The position numbers and the translations under genes were made by a program. A stretch of DNA of 64,000 nucleotides from assembly GCF_009914755.1 (NCBI RefSeq), contig NC_060943.1. One strand, given 5' to 3'. The notes under the pieces are model-generated. The model saw only the letters and a list, made by a program, of their open reading frames with translations. It did no database searches and was not told where the DNA came from. Origin of the DNA: the human T2T-CHM13v2.0 reference genome, Homo sapiens. Positions 50,601 through 64,000 of this stretch are shown here, piece by piece (position 1 is the first letter of the stretch; each line of letters opens with the position of its first letter).

Positions 50601-52923
50601 CTCTCAGAGGGCATTGTGACATATCACTTGGCTCAGCACCTACATCATGTGACTCTCCACTCATGCCTCAACCATGGCTTACTAGGGTGATTGTGAAATA
50701 TAACTTGGTCTATCTCATAGGCTTTGTGACTTTCTTCTTCCTGAGCCCTAACACAGAAAGCATTGGGATATACCTCTGGGCCTCTTGCCTAGGTGAGGAG
50801 ACTTTTCTGCCTAGGCCCTCTTCTTAGGGGGTATTGTGACATATTGCTGGACCCAGCAACTAGATGATGATGATGTGATTCTCTTCTACTGCTTGGACTT
50901 TGCCCAAGAAGGAATTGTGTTGTATCATGGAGCTAAGAACCTAGGTGTTGTGACTCTCCTCTTCTGCCGGGGCCCTGCATACATTCTATGTTGTGACATA
51001 TGGCTGGGATCAAAACCTAGGTGATGCAACTCTTCAACCTGGGCCCTGCCAGCGGGGTATTATGACATCTTTTTGTTCATCACCTAGGTGTTGTGACTCT
51101 CTCCTTCTGCCTGGGTTCCGACAAAAAAGGGGATTGGGGCATGTCCCTTGACCGAGCACCTAGGTGATGTGACTGTCTTATTTGCCTGGGCCTTGCATAT
51201 TTGGGGTATTGAGACATATGGCTGGGCCCTACATCAATGGGATTTAAGGCTCCTGCCTTGGTCCTGCTAACAGAAAACTTTTTACATATCCCTGAATCCA
51301 TCACCTAGGATATGTGATTCTCTTCTTCTGCCGGCATTCTGCCCACAGGAAACACTGGGACATATTGCTGGGCCCACCATTGAGATGATGTGGCATTCCT
51401 GCCTGGGTACTGCCCACAGGGAGCATTGTGACACATCACTGGGCCCACCAGTGAGATGATGTGGCATTCCTGCCTGGGTACTGCCCACAGGGAGCATTGT
51501 GACACATCACTGGGCCCAGCACCTAGGTGATGTGAGTATGCATCATGTTCCCTGCTTTCAGGAAGGCATTGTAAAATATCCCTGACTGAGCATCCAGGGA
51601 TGTGGCTCTTCTAGCTGGTCTTTGTCCTCAGGGAAGAGTATGATATATGCCTTGCCCAGCTCCCAGGTGATATGACTCTCCTGCTCACTCTCTACCTATA
51701 GGTGGGATTATGACATATCTTGGCCCAGCTTACAGGTAGTATGCTGACCCTCTTTCCTCGAACCAGTCAATATAAGAGATACTTTCATAGCTAGACTTAG
51801 TGAAATGGGTAAGATCCTGGGTCTCCTCTTTGTATTAAAGTCATAGAGAATTACCACTTTCTTGTATCTTATATAAAGTCCTCCAGTGGTAGAGAGGATG
51901 TCATCACAGGGCCCAGGACACAAGTGAGATTGTGTTTCTCATACACACATCCAGCCAACTGTTAGGATTGTCACCCTCACATCTAAACAGAGCCTACTGG
52001 TGAAATGCTGAATCTCACATGCAGACGAAGTCTGCAGTTAAAATTCTGACTGTCATATGTGAACACCTGGCCACAGTTGCGATGGTGACTCATTTCTAAA
52101 CCCAGCTCATAGAGAGGTCAGGATTCTCCCATCTAGACTCAGCCAATAGGAGAGATGTTGAGTCTCATACGTGGAATTAGGGGCACAGGTACAATCATCG
52201 GTGCATAACAGCATGAAGGTCTCAGAGCAGATGTTGACTCTCATACATAACATATGCAGCCCCTGAATGGTAGAGAGACTGTCCTCACAGAGCCCAGCAA
52301 ACAGGTGAAGTTGTGACACTCCTTTGCATAGGTGGCCAATAGTAAAGATTGTCATCCTTCCACGTGAACACAGCCCACCGTTAAGGTTCTGAATCTCCCA
52401 CCTGGAGGCAGTGGAAAGTTGGAGAATTAACTCTCATACATTGATCTTGTCCCTAGGTTGGTTGGTGAATCTCAGATCAAGATTCCCCACATCTGTGAGG
52501 CTGTGACTGCACTAAGGGGAAACAGTCTTCAGAAGGAGTTAAGTCTCTTTTGTACAGATTCAGTTTATTTTTGAGATTGTGACTCATGTACTTAAACCAA
52601 ACCTACAACTGGGGCATGTGTGGGACTGTTAATCCTATCCCTGGACCTTCCTGTAGGCGTGATTCTGATGTATGCCCCTCCCTGGGTCTACCTTCCAATA
52701 GAGATTATGACATGTCATTTTGCCCCATACTTAGCTGATGTGATCTATTCTCCTGTCTTGGCTGTCTCCATAGAAGATATTATGATGTATCTACAGGCCC
52801 TGCACCCAGTTTACGTGATTTCTGCCTGTGGCCTGCCCACATTGGCTATTTTGACATATTGCACAGTCCAACACCCAGGTGATTTTACTCTTCTGCCTGG
52901 GCCCTTCCTACGGGGGACATTAG

Positions 52924-53343
<420 letters not shown>

Positions 53344-53969
53344 TGAGACATATCTCTGGTCTCAGCACCCAACTGATGTGACTCATCTCTTTTTCCTATG
53401 TTTTGCTCACACAAAAGATAGTGACATATCGCTAGGCCAAACAAAGTGGCATTACTCTCTTGATTTGGTCCTCCTCTCAAAAGGCATCATGACATATTGA
53501 TGGGCCCAGCACGAAAGTGATTTAAGTCTCATGCCTAGACTCTGCTTACAGGGGCATTGTGACATATCTCTGGGCCAATCTACTATTTGATGTGACTCTC
53601 CTTTTGTACCTGGGCTTTGCCTATAGAAGACATTGTGACATATCTCTCGGCTCTGCACCCAGGTGACTTGACTTGCCTCTTCTGCTTGGGCCATACCTAC
53701 GGGGAACATTGATACATATCTGTGGCCCCAACATGTAGATGATGTGACTATTTTCTTTTTTCTTGGACCCGTCCACAGTGGGAATTGTGACATATCACTT
53801 GGCTTAGCATTTGTGTAGTGTGACTCTCCTCTCATACCTAGGCCTTGTCCACTGGGGTGATATATATCTGGGCGTAGCCCCTAGGTTATTTGAAGCTCCT
53901 CTTTTCCATGATCCCTACTTATAGCATGCATTGTGAAATCTCTGGTCTACTCACCTCGGTTATATGACT

Positions 53970-54285
<316 letters not shown>

Positions 54286-56611
54286 ATAACTTTCTTTTAT
54301 TTGCCCTTCCATCAGGGGACATTTTGACATATTGCTGGGCCTATTATCTGGATGATGTGACTCTCCTCACCTGCCTGCAAACTACCAGAAAGGGACATTG
54401 TGACATATCTCTAAACCAATTTTCTACATAATGTGCCTCTTCTCTGCTGCCCAAAACATGCATAAAGAAAATATTCTTTAGGCCCCTGTGACCTATCTCT
54501 GGACCCGGCACCCAAATGTCATGACTATCCAGTCTGGGCTCTGCCTAGAGGAAATGTTATGATATGTCACTGGGCCATGAACACAAGTGATGTGACTCTC
54601 CTGCCTGGGCCTTGCCCATAGAGGGGATTGAGACATTCCAGGTGAAGAATCAAGGTGGTGTTACTCTTATTTCTCAGCCTTTTCCTAAGGTAAAATTGTG
54701 ACATATAACTTGGCCCAGCACACAGATGAGATTTTTACTCTTGTATGCAAACCCAGCCAAAAGTTACTATTGTCACTATAACACATGAACAAAGACCACT
54801 GTTGAGGTCCTGAGTCTTATATGTGAACACAGCCAACAGTTGGAATTGGGACTGTCATATGTTTATCTTGCCAGAAGTGAGATGGTGACTTACTCTGGAT
54901 TCAGTTCACAGGAATGGTGATGACTCTCATACCTGAACCCAGCTAATAAGAGAGATGTTGACTCTGGTAGCTAGGCTTTGGGGTCTGGGTCCTTTACTTG
55001 GAGGAAGGCAACAGAAGATTATGACATCCATGTATGTTGTATAAAGCTCTTGGGAAATACTGAGTGTCATTACAGGGCCCAGTACACAGGTGTGATTGTG
55101 AGTCTCCTATACATACCTAGCCAACAGTTTGAATTGCCATGCTTATACATAGACCGAGCCTACTGGTGAGGTCCTAAATCTTACACATGAACCTATTCCA
55201 CCATTGAAATTGTGGCTGTCATATGTGGATCCAGCCATAGGTTGGATGTTGACAAATTTCTGAACCCAACTCACTTGCACAATAAACCCAGCCAATAGAA
55301 GATATTTTGACTCTTGTACCTAGGCTTAGGGCAACAGGTAAGGTTTTGGGTTTTCTACTTGTATAAATGTCACAGAGGATTACTGCACTCACTTATATTG
55401 TATAATGCCCCCAAGGTTGTAAAGAAAGTGTCACTACATAACTCAGCACAAAGTTGAGATTGTGAATCTCAAATGCACACTCAGCCAACAGTAAGAATTG
55501 TCATTCACACACATGGACAGAACCCACTGGTGAGGTCCTGAATTTTAGTCACAGATGCAATCCACAGTTGAAATTTTTAATGTCATGTGTGCATCTAGCC
55601 ACAGGAGGGATGGTGACACATATCTGAACCCAACTAAGAGGCAGAGCAATGACTTTTATACCTGGAACCAGCCAATACGAGAGATGTTGACTCTCACACC
55701 TGGGCATGGGGCAACAGGTAAACTCATGCGTTTATACAGCACTAATGTCTCACAGGGGATTATGAGTCTCACCCAAATAATGTACAGCCCTCTGGTGGTA
55801 CAGAGAGTGTCATAAGAGGACCCAGAACACAGCTGAGTTTGTGATTCTCATATACACTTCCATCCCACAGTAAAAATTGTCATCCTCCCACATGAATACA
55901 GACAACTGTTGAGAGTCACATCACCTAGGTGCTGGTCCTAGAGATATGCCACAGTCTATTCTGTGGGCACAGTTCAGGTAAGAGAAGAGAAGAGGAAAGT
56001 CACATTAACTAGGTGATTGGCTCAGAGCTATGTCACAATGCTCCTACAAGGCAGGGTCCAGGCAGGAGACTCAAATCACCTTGGTGCTGAGTCCAACAAT
56101 ATGTCACAATCTCCCCTGTAGGCAGAACCTGAGAAAAAGAGTTACAAGAATTACATGTGGGCCTATTGATAGGTCATAATCTTTCCTGTGAGCAGAAACC
56201 AGGCAGTAGAAAAGGTTCATATCACCTGCGTGATTGGCACATAGATATGTGAAAATGCTCCCTACAGGTAGACCCCAGGCAGGAGGCTTACATAACGTGA
56301 ATGTCAGCCCCAAAAATATGTCACAATGAACCCACACGGGCTGGGCACAGGCAGAAGAGACATATAACCTGAGTGCTAAGTGCGGGGCCTAGAAACATGT
56401 GACAATGCTCCATGTAGGCAGGGCCAAGGCAGAATAGAATAACATCACCTATGTTCTGGGTCCAGTGATATATCACAATTTCATCTCTGGGCTGAGACTC
56501 AAATCATGCTGGGTGCTGGGCACATGACATGTCAGTCACACCTGCAGGTAGGTCCAGGGACGAGATTAACAATCCTGCACATGTCCCAGTTTTAGGTATG
56601 AGAGTCAACAC

Positions 56612-57589
56612 TGTTGCGGGAAGTCAGGGACCCCAAACGGAGGGACCGGCTGAAGTCATGACAGTAGAACGTGGATTGCAAATATTTCATGGACACTTAT
56701 CACTTCCCCAATCAATACCCTTGTGATTTCCTATGCCTGTCTTTACTTTAATCTCTTAATCCTGTCAGCCAAGAAGGATGTATATCGTCTCAGGACCCTG
56801 TAATAATTGCGTTAACTATACAAATTGTACAGCGTGTGTGTTTGAGGAATATGAAATGTGGGCACCCTGAAAAAAGAACAGGATAACAGCAATAGTTCAG
56901 GGAATAAGAGAGATAACCTTAAACTCTGACCGCCAGTGAGCCGGGCAGAACAGAGCCATATGTCTCTTCTTTCAAAAGCAAATGGGAGAAATATCGCTGA
57001 ATTCTTTTTCTCAGCATGGGATATCCCTGAGAGAGAATGCACACCTAGGGGTAGGTCTCTGAACTGGCCCCCCCGGGGCGTACCTGTCTCTTATGGTTGA
57101 GACTGCAGGGGTGAAATAAATTCCAGCCTCCCATAGTGCTCCCAGGCTTATTAGGAAGAGGAAATTCCCACCTAATAAATTTTGGTCAGACTGGTTGATC
57201 TCAAAACCCTGTCTCCTGATAAGATGTTATCAATGACAATGGTGCCCGAAACTTCATTAGCAATTTTAATTTCGCCTCGGTCCTGTGGCCCTCTGATCTC
57301 ACCCTGCCTCCACTTGCCTTGTGATATTCTATTACCCTGTTAAGTACTTGATGTCTGTCACCCACACCTATTTCGCACACTCCCTCCCCTTTTGAAAATC
57401 CCTAATAAAAACTTGCTGGTTTTTGTGGCTTGTGGGGCATCAGGGATCCTACCAATGTGTGATGTCTCCCCCAGATGCCCAGCTTTAAAATTTCTCTCTT
57501 TTGTACTCTGTCCCTTTATTTCTTAAGCCAGCCAACGCTTAGGAAAATAGAAAAGAACCTACATGATTTTGGGGGCAGGTCCCCCGAAA
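56612..57589 (+). mobile_element. MER11 solo LTR (HERV-K11/HML-8)
   Basis: Starts 'tgttgcgggaagtcagggacccc', ends 'ggggcaggtcccccga'; ~980 bp; 6-bp TSD 'caacac' (56606-56611 and 57590-57595). Confidence 0.93.
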
Positions 57590-59390
57590 CAACACATCCT
57601 GAATGTTGGGTCCATCTACATGAGGCACATCTCATCAGTGAACCGGATCTATGCATCATAGCCTCAATTCCTATTGCAGATTGTGTTGACTTAATGGAGT
57701 CCCAGCCTCCTTGGTGTGCTGAATCCTGGTCTGAGAGTCACCAAGCCACCTGTGGACCACAATTATGCACAAGAGCCTTTTTTTTTTTTTAATCTTCTGA
57801 CTGCCTCTGGGTGTGAGATTTAGAACTTCAACAGTGCACTGTGTTGATGTATGGCTTACATCTTTACTTGACCATCCTTACTTTCAGCTGGGTTTTCATA
57901 TGAGGGTCACAATCCCACCTATCTTCTGGGCCCTGTGAAAACATTCTCTGTACCAACTGATGGCATTATACATTGTGCATTAGTGTCACCATTCACTCCG
58001 AGACATTCATGCTGGTATGGACCAATGATTGTACCTGTGGCCCTAAGCCAAGATATGACAGTCAACATCACTCTAGTTGGCTCGGTCCAGATAGGAGAGT
58101 CCCGCCTATGAGTGGATTTAGAAATGAGTTACCATTCCAAGTGTGGCCAAATCTTCACGTATGAAAGTCGTAATTCCAAGTGTAAGCTGCATTCCTGTGT
58201 GAGATTTAAAACTTCATCAGTGGGCTTTGTCATGTATGAATGTGATTAATGAAATGGTTGGCAGGGTGTGTGTATGTAACACACAATTTCACATGTGTGC
58301 CGGGCTTTGTGTTGACACTCTCTGTACCACCCAAGGTCTTTATATGATATGCAACAAAGTGGTAACCCATTACCTTTGAACAAAGGGAAGGCCCACAATA
58401 TTACCCATATTGGCTGGTTCGAGGTATAAAAGTCATCATCACACCTGTAAACTAAGCAAAGATAAATGTCACAACCCTACTTGTGGGTAGGGAGCAAGCA
58501 GAAGAATCACATCATCTGGGTCCTTCTCCAGGGATATGTCACAATCATTTTTGAGGGCAGGGAATTGGCAGGAAAGTCACATTATCTGTGTGCTGGGCTC
58601 AGTGATAAGTCACTCTCTATTTTGTGCAGATGGTCCAGGACAAAGCTCATAGGAGAGAAGAGTTCCCATCAAAGAGTTGATGGGTCCAAAGATATGTCAA
58701 ATTACCCCTTGTGGGCAGGATGCAGGCAGGAGACTTACATCACCTTGGCGCTGGGCCCAGAAATATGTCACAATGTCTTGTGATTGCAGTGTGAAGGCAA
58801 GAGTAACGTCAACATAGTGCTGGGACAAGGGACATGTTACAATCTCCCCGGTGGGCAGAAGCTAGGGAAAAGAGAAAAGCCACATCAGCTAGGTGCTAGT
58901 CTCAGAGATAAGTCACAATTTTTCCTGTAGACTGAGACCAGGCTGGATAAGAGAGTCACATCACCTGAATAAAAGGCACAGAGATAGGTCAAATGCCCCT
59001 TGTAGGAAGGTCCCAAGCAGGAGAGTTACATCATGTGGGTGATGGGACTCAGCAATACACCTCAATGGCCCATGTGGGCAGGGAACAGGCAGGAGAGCCA
59101 AATATCCTGGGTGCAGGGCCCAGTGATATGTCACAATGCCCTCTGGGGCATCGCCAAGACAAGAGAGGAGATTCACAGCACCTGGCTACAAGGCCCAGAA
59201 ATATGTCACAATGTCCCCTGTGGTTAGAGACAAAGCAAAATAGTTACATCAATTAGATACTGAGTCCAATGATATCTCACAATTTACCTTTGAGCCCAGG
59301 CAGAAAACTCAAATCACTCATGTGGTGGGCAGGGGCATATGTCACACTCTCACCTGCTGGAAGGTCTAGTGATGAGATTAAGAATTTAGT

Positions 59391-59773
59391 TGCCGGGCAC
59401 AGTGGCTCATGCCTGTAATCCCAGCACTTTTGGAGGCCGAGGCAGGCAGATCACCTGAGGTCAGGAGTTCGAGACCAGCCTGACCAACATGACAAAACCC
59501 TGTCTCCACTAAAAATACAAAAAATTAGCTGGTCGTTGTGGCAGATACCTATAATCCCAGCTACTCAGGAGGCTGAGGCAGGAGGATCGCTTGAACCTGG
59601 GAGGCAGAGGCTGCAGTGAGCAGAGATCATTACACTGCACTCCAGCCTGAGCAAGAGTGAGATTCTGTCTCAAAAACAAAAAAAAGAAGGAAGGAAGGAA
59701 GGAAGGAAAGAAAAAAAGAAAAAGAAAGAAAGAAAAAGAAAAAGAAAGAAAGAAAGAGAGAAAGAATGAAAAG
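59391..59773 (+). mobile_element. AluS with GA-rich (GGAA/GAAA) expanded tail
   Basis: Full Alu followed by purine-rich simple repeat. Confidence 0.92.
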
Positions 59774-61669
59774 TATTTAGCATGTGTCTTGGTTCTAGGT
59801 ACAACACCTCTTGTATGTTGAGTCTAAATACAGGAGTCACAATCTCAGTGGTGGACTGGAATCAATTATTTTTGTGGACTGTGTGAGCCTCAATCACTTT
59901 TGTGGACTGTGTCTCCTTAGTCACAGCCTTACAGGTGTGCCGAGTCATGGTCCAAAATTTGCCAGCCCTCCTTTTGACTGGATCCACATGTGAAAGTCCA
60001 CACTTTGACTGCCTCCAGTTGTGAGATTTAGTTCCTCAACTGTGGGCTGTGTTCATGCGGAAAGGTGACATCTTGACTGTTGGGTGTGTGTGCATATGAG
60101 TGTCATATTCTCATCTGCGTTCTCGGTTTTGTTAGGACACTCTGTATCACCTGAGGGCTTTATACATTATGTATGAGAGTCACAATCTGCTCTGACATAT
60201 TTGTACTGATATGGACCCATGATTGTACCCGTGGCCCTAAGCCCAGGTATGAGAGTCAACATCTCTTCAATTAGGAGAGTCCAGATTGGAAAGTTTTTAC
60301 CTGCTTATAGGCTGGGTTTATTAAAGAGTCACTAACCCAACAATGGCCAGATGTTCACATATGACAGTCACAATTTTAACTTTGGACTGTGTCTACTTGT
60401 GAGTTTCAGGACCTCAAAATTGGACCCTGTCCATGTGTGAGGGTGACAACTTTAAAGGTTGGCAGGTTGCGCATACAAAAAACAATCTCATATTTGTGCT
60501 GTGTCCTGCGATGACAGTTTGTACCACTTGATGGCTTTATACCGTATGTGAGGGAGTGGTAATTCTCTATGACATTTATACAAAGAAAAGACCCATTATT
60601 TTACCCATTTCCCTAAGCCTAGCTATTAGAGACAGTATATCTTTTATTAACTTTTTTGGGGGGGTACAAATGTCATCATCATATCAGTAATCTCCACAAA
60701 TATATATATCAACATCCCTCCCATGTGTAGGGAATGAGGAGAGTTATGTCACCTTGGCACTGGCCCAGGAATATGTCACACTCTTTTCGGAGGGCAAAGA
60801 CCAGGCAGGAGAGTCACATCACCTTGATGCTTAGCGAGGAATATGTTACAATCCCCTCCTGAAAGTAGGGCACAGGTGGCAGGGTAACATCACCTGGGTG
60901 CAGGGCCTAGTGTTATATCCCAATACTTTTTGTGGGCAAGGCCCAGGCAGGAGAGGCATGTCACCTGTTTTTTGGGCCCAGTAATAGGTTACAGTCTTCC
61001 AAGTAGAAAGAAGAAGAGTCACTACTTTTTGCTGATGAATGCAAAGATATGTCACAATTTCCTTGTAGGTAGGGTCCAGACATAAGCCTCTAATCTAATT
61101 CCACTAATCCACACTAATTCCAACTCTGGCTCTGCCAGCTTCTTATGACTTATTGTATACTTTTCATTTCTGTTATGCTCCAGGAATGAGTTTCTCAGTG
61201 ACTTTTGAAGTAATTTGTCCACAGCTTTGGATAAACATTGCCCTCTTGAATCCAAGGGCTGTTTTGTTGAGCATATGAAGGCTTCCCTTGAGTATTCCTC
61301 TCGCTTCCGTTCACTTTCTTCTGTAGCCTCCATTTTTCTAATTGCTTTCCTATAGCCCCTTTTTGGCAGTTAGCTGAAAAACGGCCTTCACAGCTACTAA
61401 AAGAATATGGGAAGTGGAAATCTGAGAAGAGAAATACTTATTTTGTTGCTAGAATGCTCTTACCGAGAGTCACTAGAGGTCAATGGAGTCGACGACATAG
61501 GCCGGACCAAGGCCACAGGTGCAAGAGACACATAAAGCAGAGATCAAAATTTGGGTGTACATGGTAAGACTTGCCCATTCCAGAACCCCAAGGATGAAGA
61601 GGGGGCCACAGTTCAATCCCATATCTCCTCTGTTCTCAAGTGGGTAACTAGTGAATCACCTACAAATAG

Positions 61670-61993
61670 TGATCAGCAGCTTCCCAACAATATCTCAAGA
61701 GTTGGGCGAGTGGGGGGAAGTAATGCAAGACCCCTGAAGTATGACAACATACAAAACCCCAAGTTAAACACCGTGCACTTGCCTTTTAAGTCACCCACTT
61801 GGCCCTCTTCTAAGTGTACTTTCCTTCCTTTTGTTTCTGTTCTGTAGCTTTCTAATAAACTTTTACTGCTACTCTAAATCTTGCCTGCTTTATGTCTCCT
61901 GCTTTATGCCCCTCAGTTGAGTTGTTTCTTCTGAGGAGGCAAGAATCGAGGTTCCTGATGACTCATACCCACATGAATTCACTTCCAGTAACA
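61670..61993 (+). mobile_element. MER4-group ERV1 LTR 3' part (MER50-like)
   Basis: 'ttggccctcttctaagtgtacttt...aataaactttt...ctgaggaggcaagaatcgagg...taaca'. Confidence 0.6.
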
Positions 61994-63499
61994 GGTAACA
62001 GGTAGGAGAAAAGAGTAACATCACCTAGGTGCTGGTCCAGGAATATGTCACAATACCGTATTAGGGGAGGATCCAGGAAAAGAGTCATATTACCTAGGTG
62101 AAGTGCTTAGAGATGTGTCACAATGACCCCTATGGGTAGGACTCAGGAAGAAGAGAAGAGTTAAATTACCTAGAAGCTGTGCCCAGCTATATGTCACAAT
62201 CAGCCCAGTGGGAAAAGCCAAGGCATGAGGCACATCATGTAGGTGCTGGGTCAAGTGATATGTCACAACCTCCTCTGTGGACAGGTCCCAGGAAGAAAAG
62301 GAGACACACATCATCTAGCAGAAAAGCCCAAAGTATGTAATGATGATTCCTATGGGCAAGGATCAAGGCAGTAGAATCACATCATCTGTGTGCTGGGCCC
62401 AGTCATAAGTCACTCTCTTCTGTAGGCATAGCCCAGGCAGGAGAGCAGAGTTACATCAACTAAGTGCTGGACCCAGAGATATGTCACATTCTCTCCTATG
62501 GGCAAAGAGCAGGTATAATATGGTAACCACTTCAAATACTTGAGCTTCCAGAGACCATGTCACAATGGTCTCTATGGTTAGGGTTCAAGCAGGAGACTCA
62601 CGTCACGTTGATTGTGGCCCCAACAATATGTCACAATGTTTTCTGAGAAGAGGGTCAAGGTAAAAAAGCAATGTCACTTTGGTATTGGGCCCAGCAATAT
62701 GTCACTGTCTCCCATGTGAGCAGATATCAGGCAAGAGAAGAGAATCACATCACCTTAGTTATGAGCACAGACATGTCACAAAGCCCCAAGTAGGTAGTGC
62801 CAAGGCAGGAGAATAGTGTCACATCACCTAGGTGCTGGGTCCAGTGATATGCCACAATCCCATCTGTCAGCTAGGCCCCCCACAAGAGTCAAATCACTCA
62901 GGTGCTAGGAGAGGTGTATGTCACAATAACATCTACAGGAAGATCCAGGGGTGAGATTAACAATTCCGTACTTGTCCCAGTTTTAGGTATAAGAGTCAAC
63001 ACCTCCTGAATGTTGAGTCTAAGTACATGAGTCACAATCTCAAGAGTGGACTGCATGAAAGCCTCTATTCCTCCTGTAAACTTTGTATTCTTAGTAAAGT
63101 CGCCATTTCATGGGTGTGCTGAACCATAGTGTGGGAGTCACCAACCTACCTGTGGACCAGATCTATGTTTGCAAGTCAATTTTCCAACTTTTGACTGCCT
63201 TCGGGTGTAGGATTCAGAAACTCCACAGTGGGCTGTGTGATGTCACCAGCTAAAGGGCTATTCATGCACAGAAGGGTTGTTATTGTAATCATCATGGTTT
63301 CTGTTGCTTTTACCTTGTTAAGAATACATGCGTGGCTCATAATTGTGCTAGAAAACCCTAAGGGTTTTGGTTAAATTACCTGTTGTTGTATGTTATAAAG
63401 TAGACATAAAATTGGCCAAAATAGATTAAAATTCTACAAATGTGGAGTCAAGTTTCTCTTGACTCCAAGAGAAACTTGGAGGCTTAGGAAAGACAGACC

Positions 63500-63802
63500 T
63501 GGAAAAAACCCAATAAAAGGCTAATCAGAAGCTCAGAAAAACTGCAACCAGCTGTCCTTTATCTACCTATGACCTGGAAGCTCCCACCCCACTTCGTGTT
63601 GTCCCACCTTTCTGGACAATGTACATCTTACATATAGTGATGGATGTCTCCTGTCTCCCTAAAATGTATAAAACTAACACATGCCCCAACCACCTTGGGC
63701 ACGCATTGTCACAGCCTCCTGACACTGTGTCACCGGTGTGTTCTTAACCTTGGCAAAATGAACTTTCTAAATTGAGACCTGTCTCGATACTTTGGGTTCA
63801 AA
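63500..63802 (+). mobile_element. MER4A-like LTR 3' part
   Basis: 'tatctacctatgacctggaagc...ctccctaaaatgtataaaac...accaccttgggcac...aaccttggcaaaat...tttgggttca'. Confidence 0.8.
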
Positions 63803-63892
63803 TTAGTAATTTCAGGTAGAAATTAAAATTCTTCTTACAATAGAAACAAACAAAAGGACTAAACAGAGAAAAACTAATAAAAGTGTGCTCAA

Positions 63893-64000
63893 GGCCGGGC
63901 ATGTGCTCACACCTGTAATCCCAGCACTTTGAGAGGCTGAGGTGGATCACTCGAGGTCAGGAGTTCAAGACCAGCATCGCCAACATGGTAAAACCCCATC
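63893..64000 (+). mobile_element. Alu left arm (runs off window edge)
   Basis: 'ggccgggcatgtgctcacacctgtaatcccagc...'. Confidence 0.9.

Larger units (their letters stand above)
55911..63240 (+). repeat. Complex beta-satellite-type block, forward arm 2
   Basis: Forward motifs resume at 'gagagtcacatcacctagg' (55911). Confidence 0.9.

Overview
Primate (almost certainly human) genomic DNA from a ZNF91-subfamily KRAB zinc-finger cluster. From memory this is 19p12, around ZNF492/ZNF849P/RPL34P33; that locus assignment was not checked. The left half carries: a tandem triplication of an L1PA 3' end; a ZNF98/ZNF492-like terminal zinc-finger exon with an intact acceptor and open frame (7804-9356, 14 fingers; KRAB exons not in the window); many Alus and old L1 fragments; a 79-bp permuted 18S rRNA insert fused to a truncated Alu (17440-17518); a processed RPL34 pseudogene; two minus-strand SVAs; an ERV1 solo LTR; and a CpG-rich promoter-like patch (~31.7-32.1 kb). 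The right half (~36.3-63.2 kb) is a complex beta-satellite-type block. It alternates ~71-bp monomer tracts with ~375-bp (about 10 x 38-bp) tracts, switches orientation twice (~46,600 and ~55,911), and carries THE1, MER11, MER4-group and Alu insertions. I see no convincing new multi-gene system. The most unusual items are the permuted rRNA/Alu junction, the orphan but intact zinc-finger exon, and the mirror architecture of the satellite. Repeat subfamily names are by eye and need RepeatMasker/Dfam confirmation.
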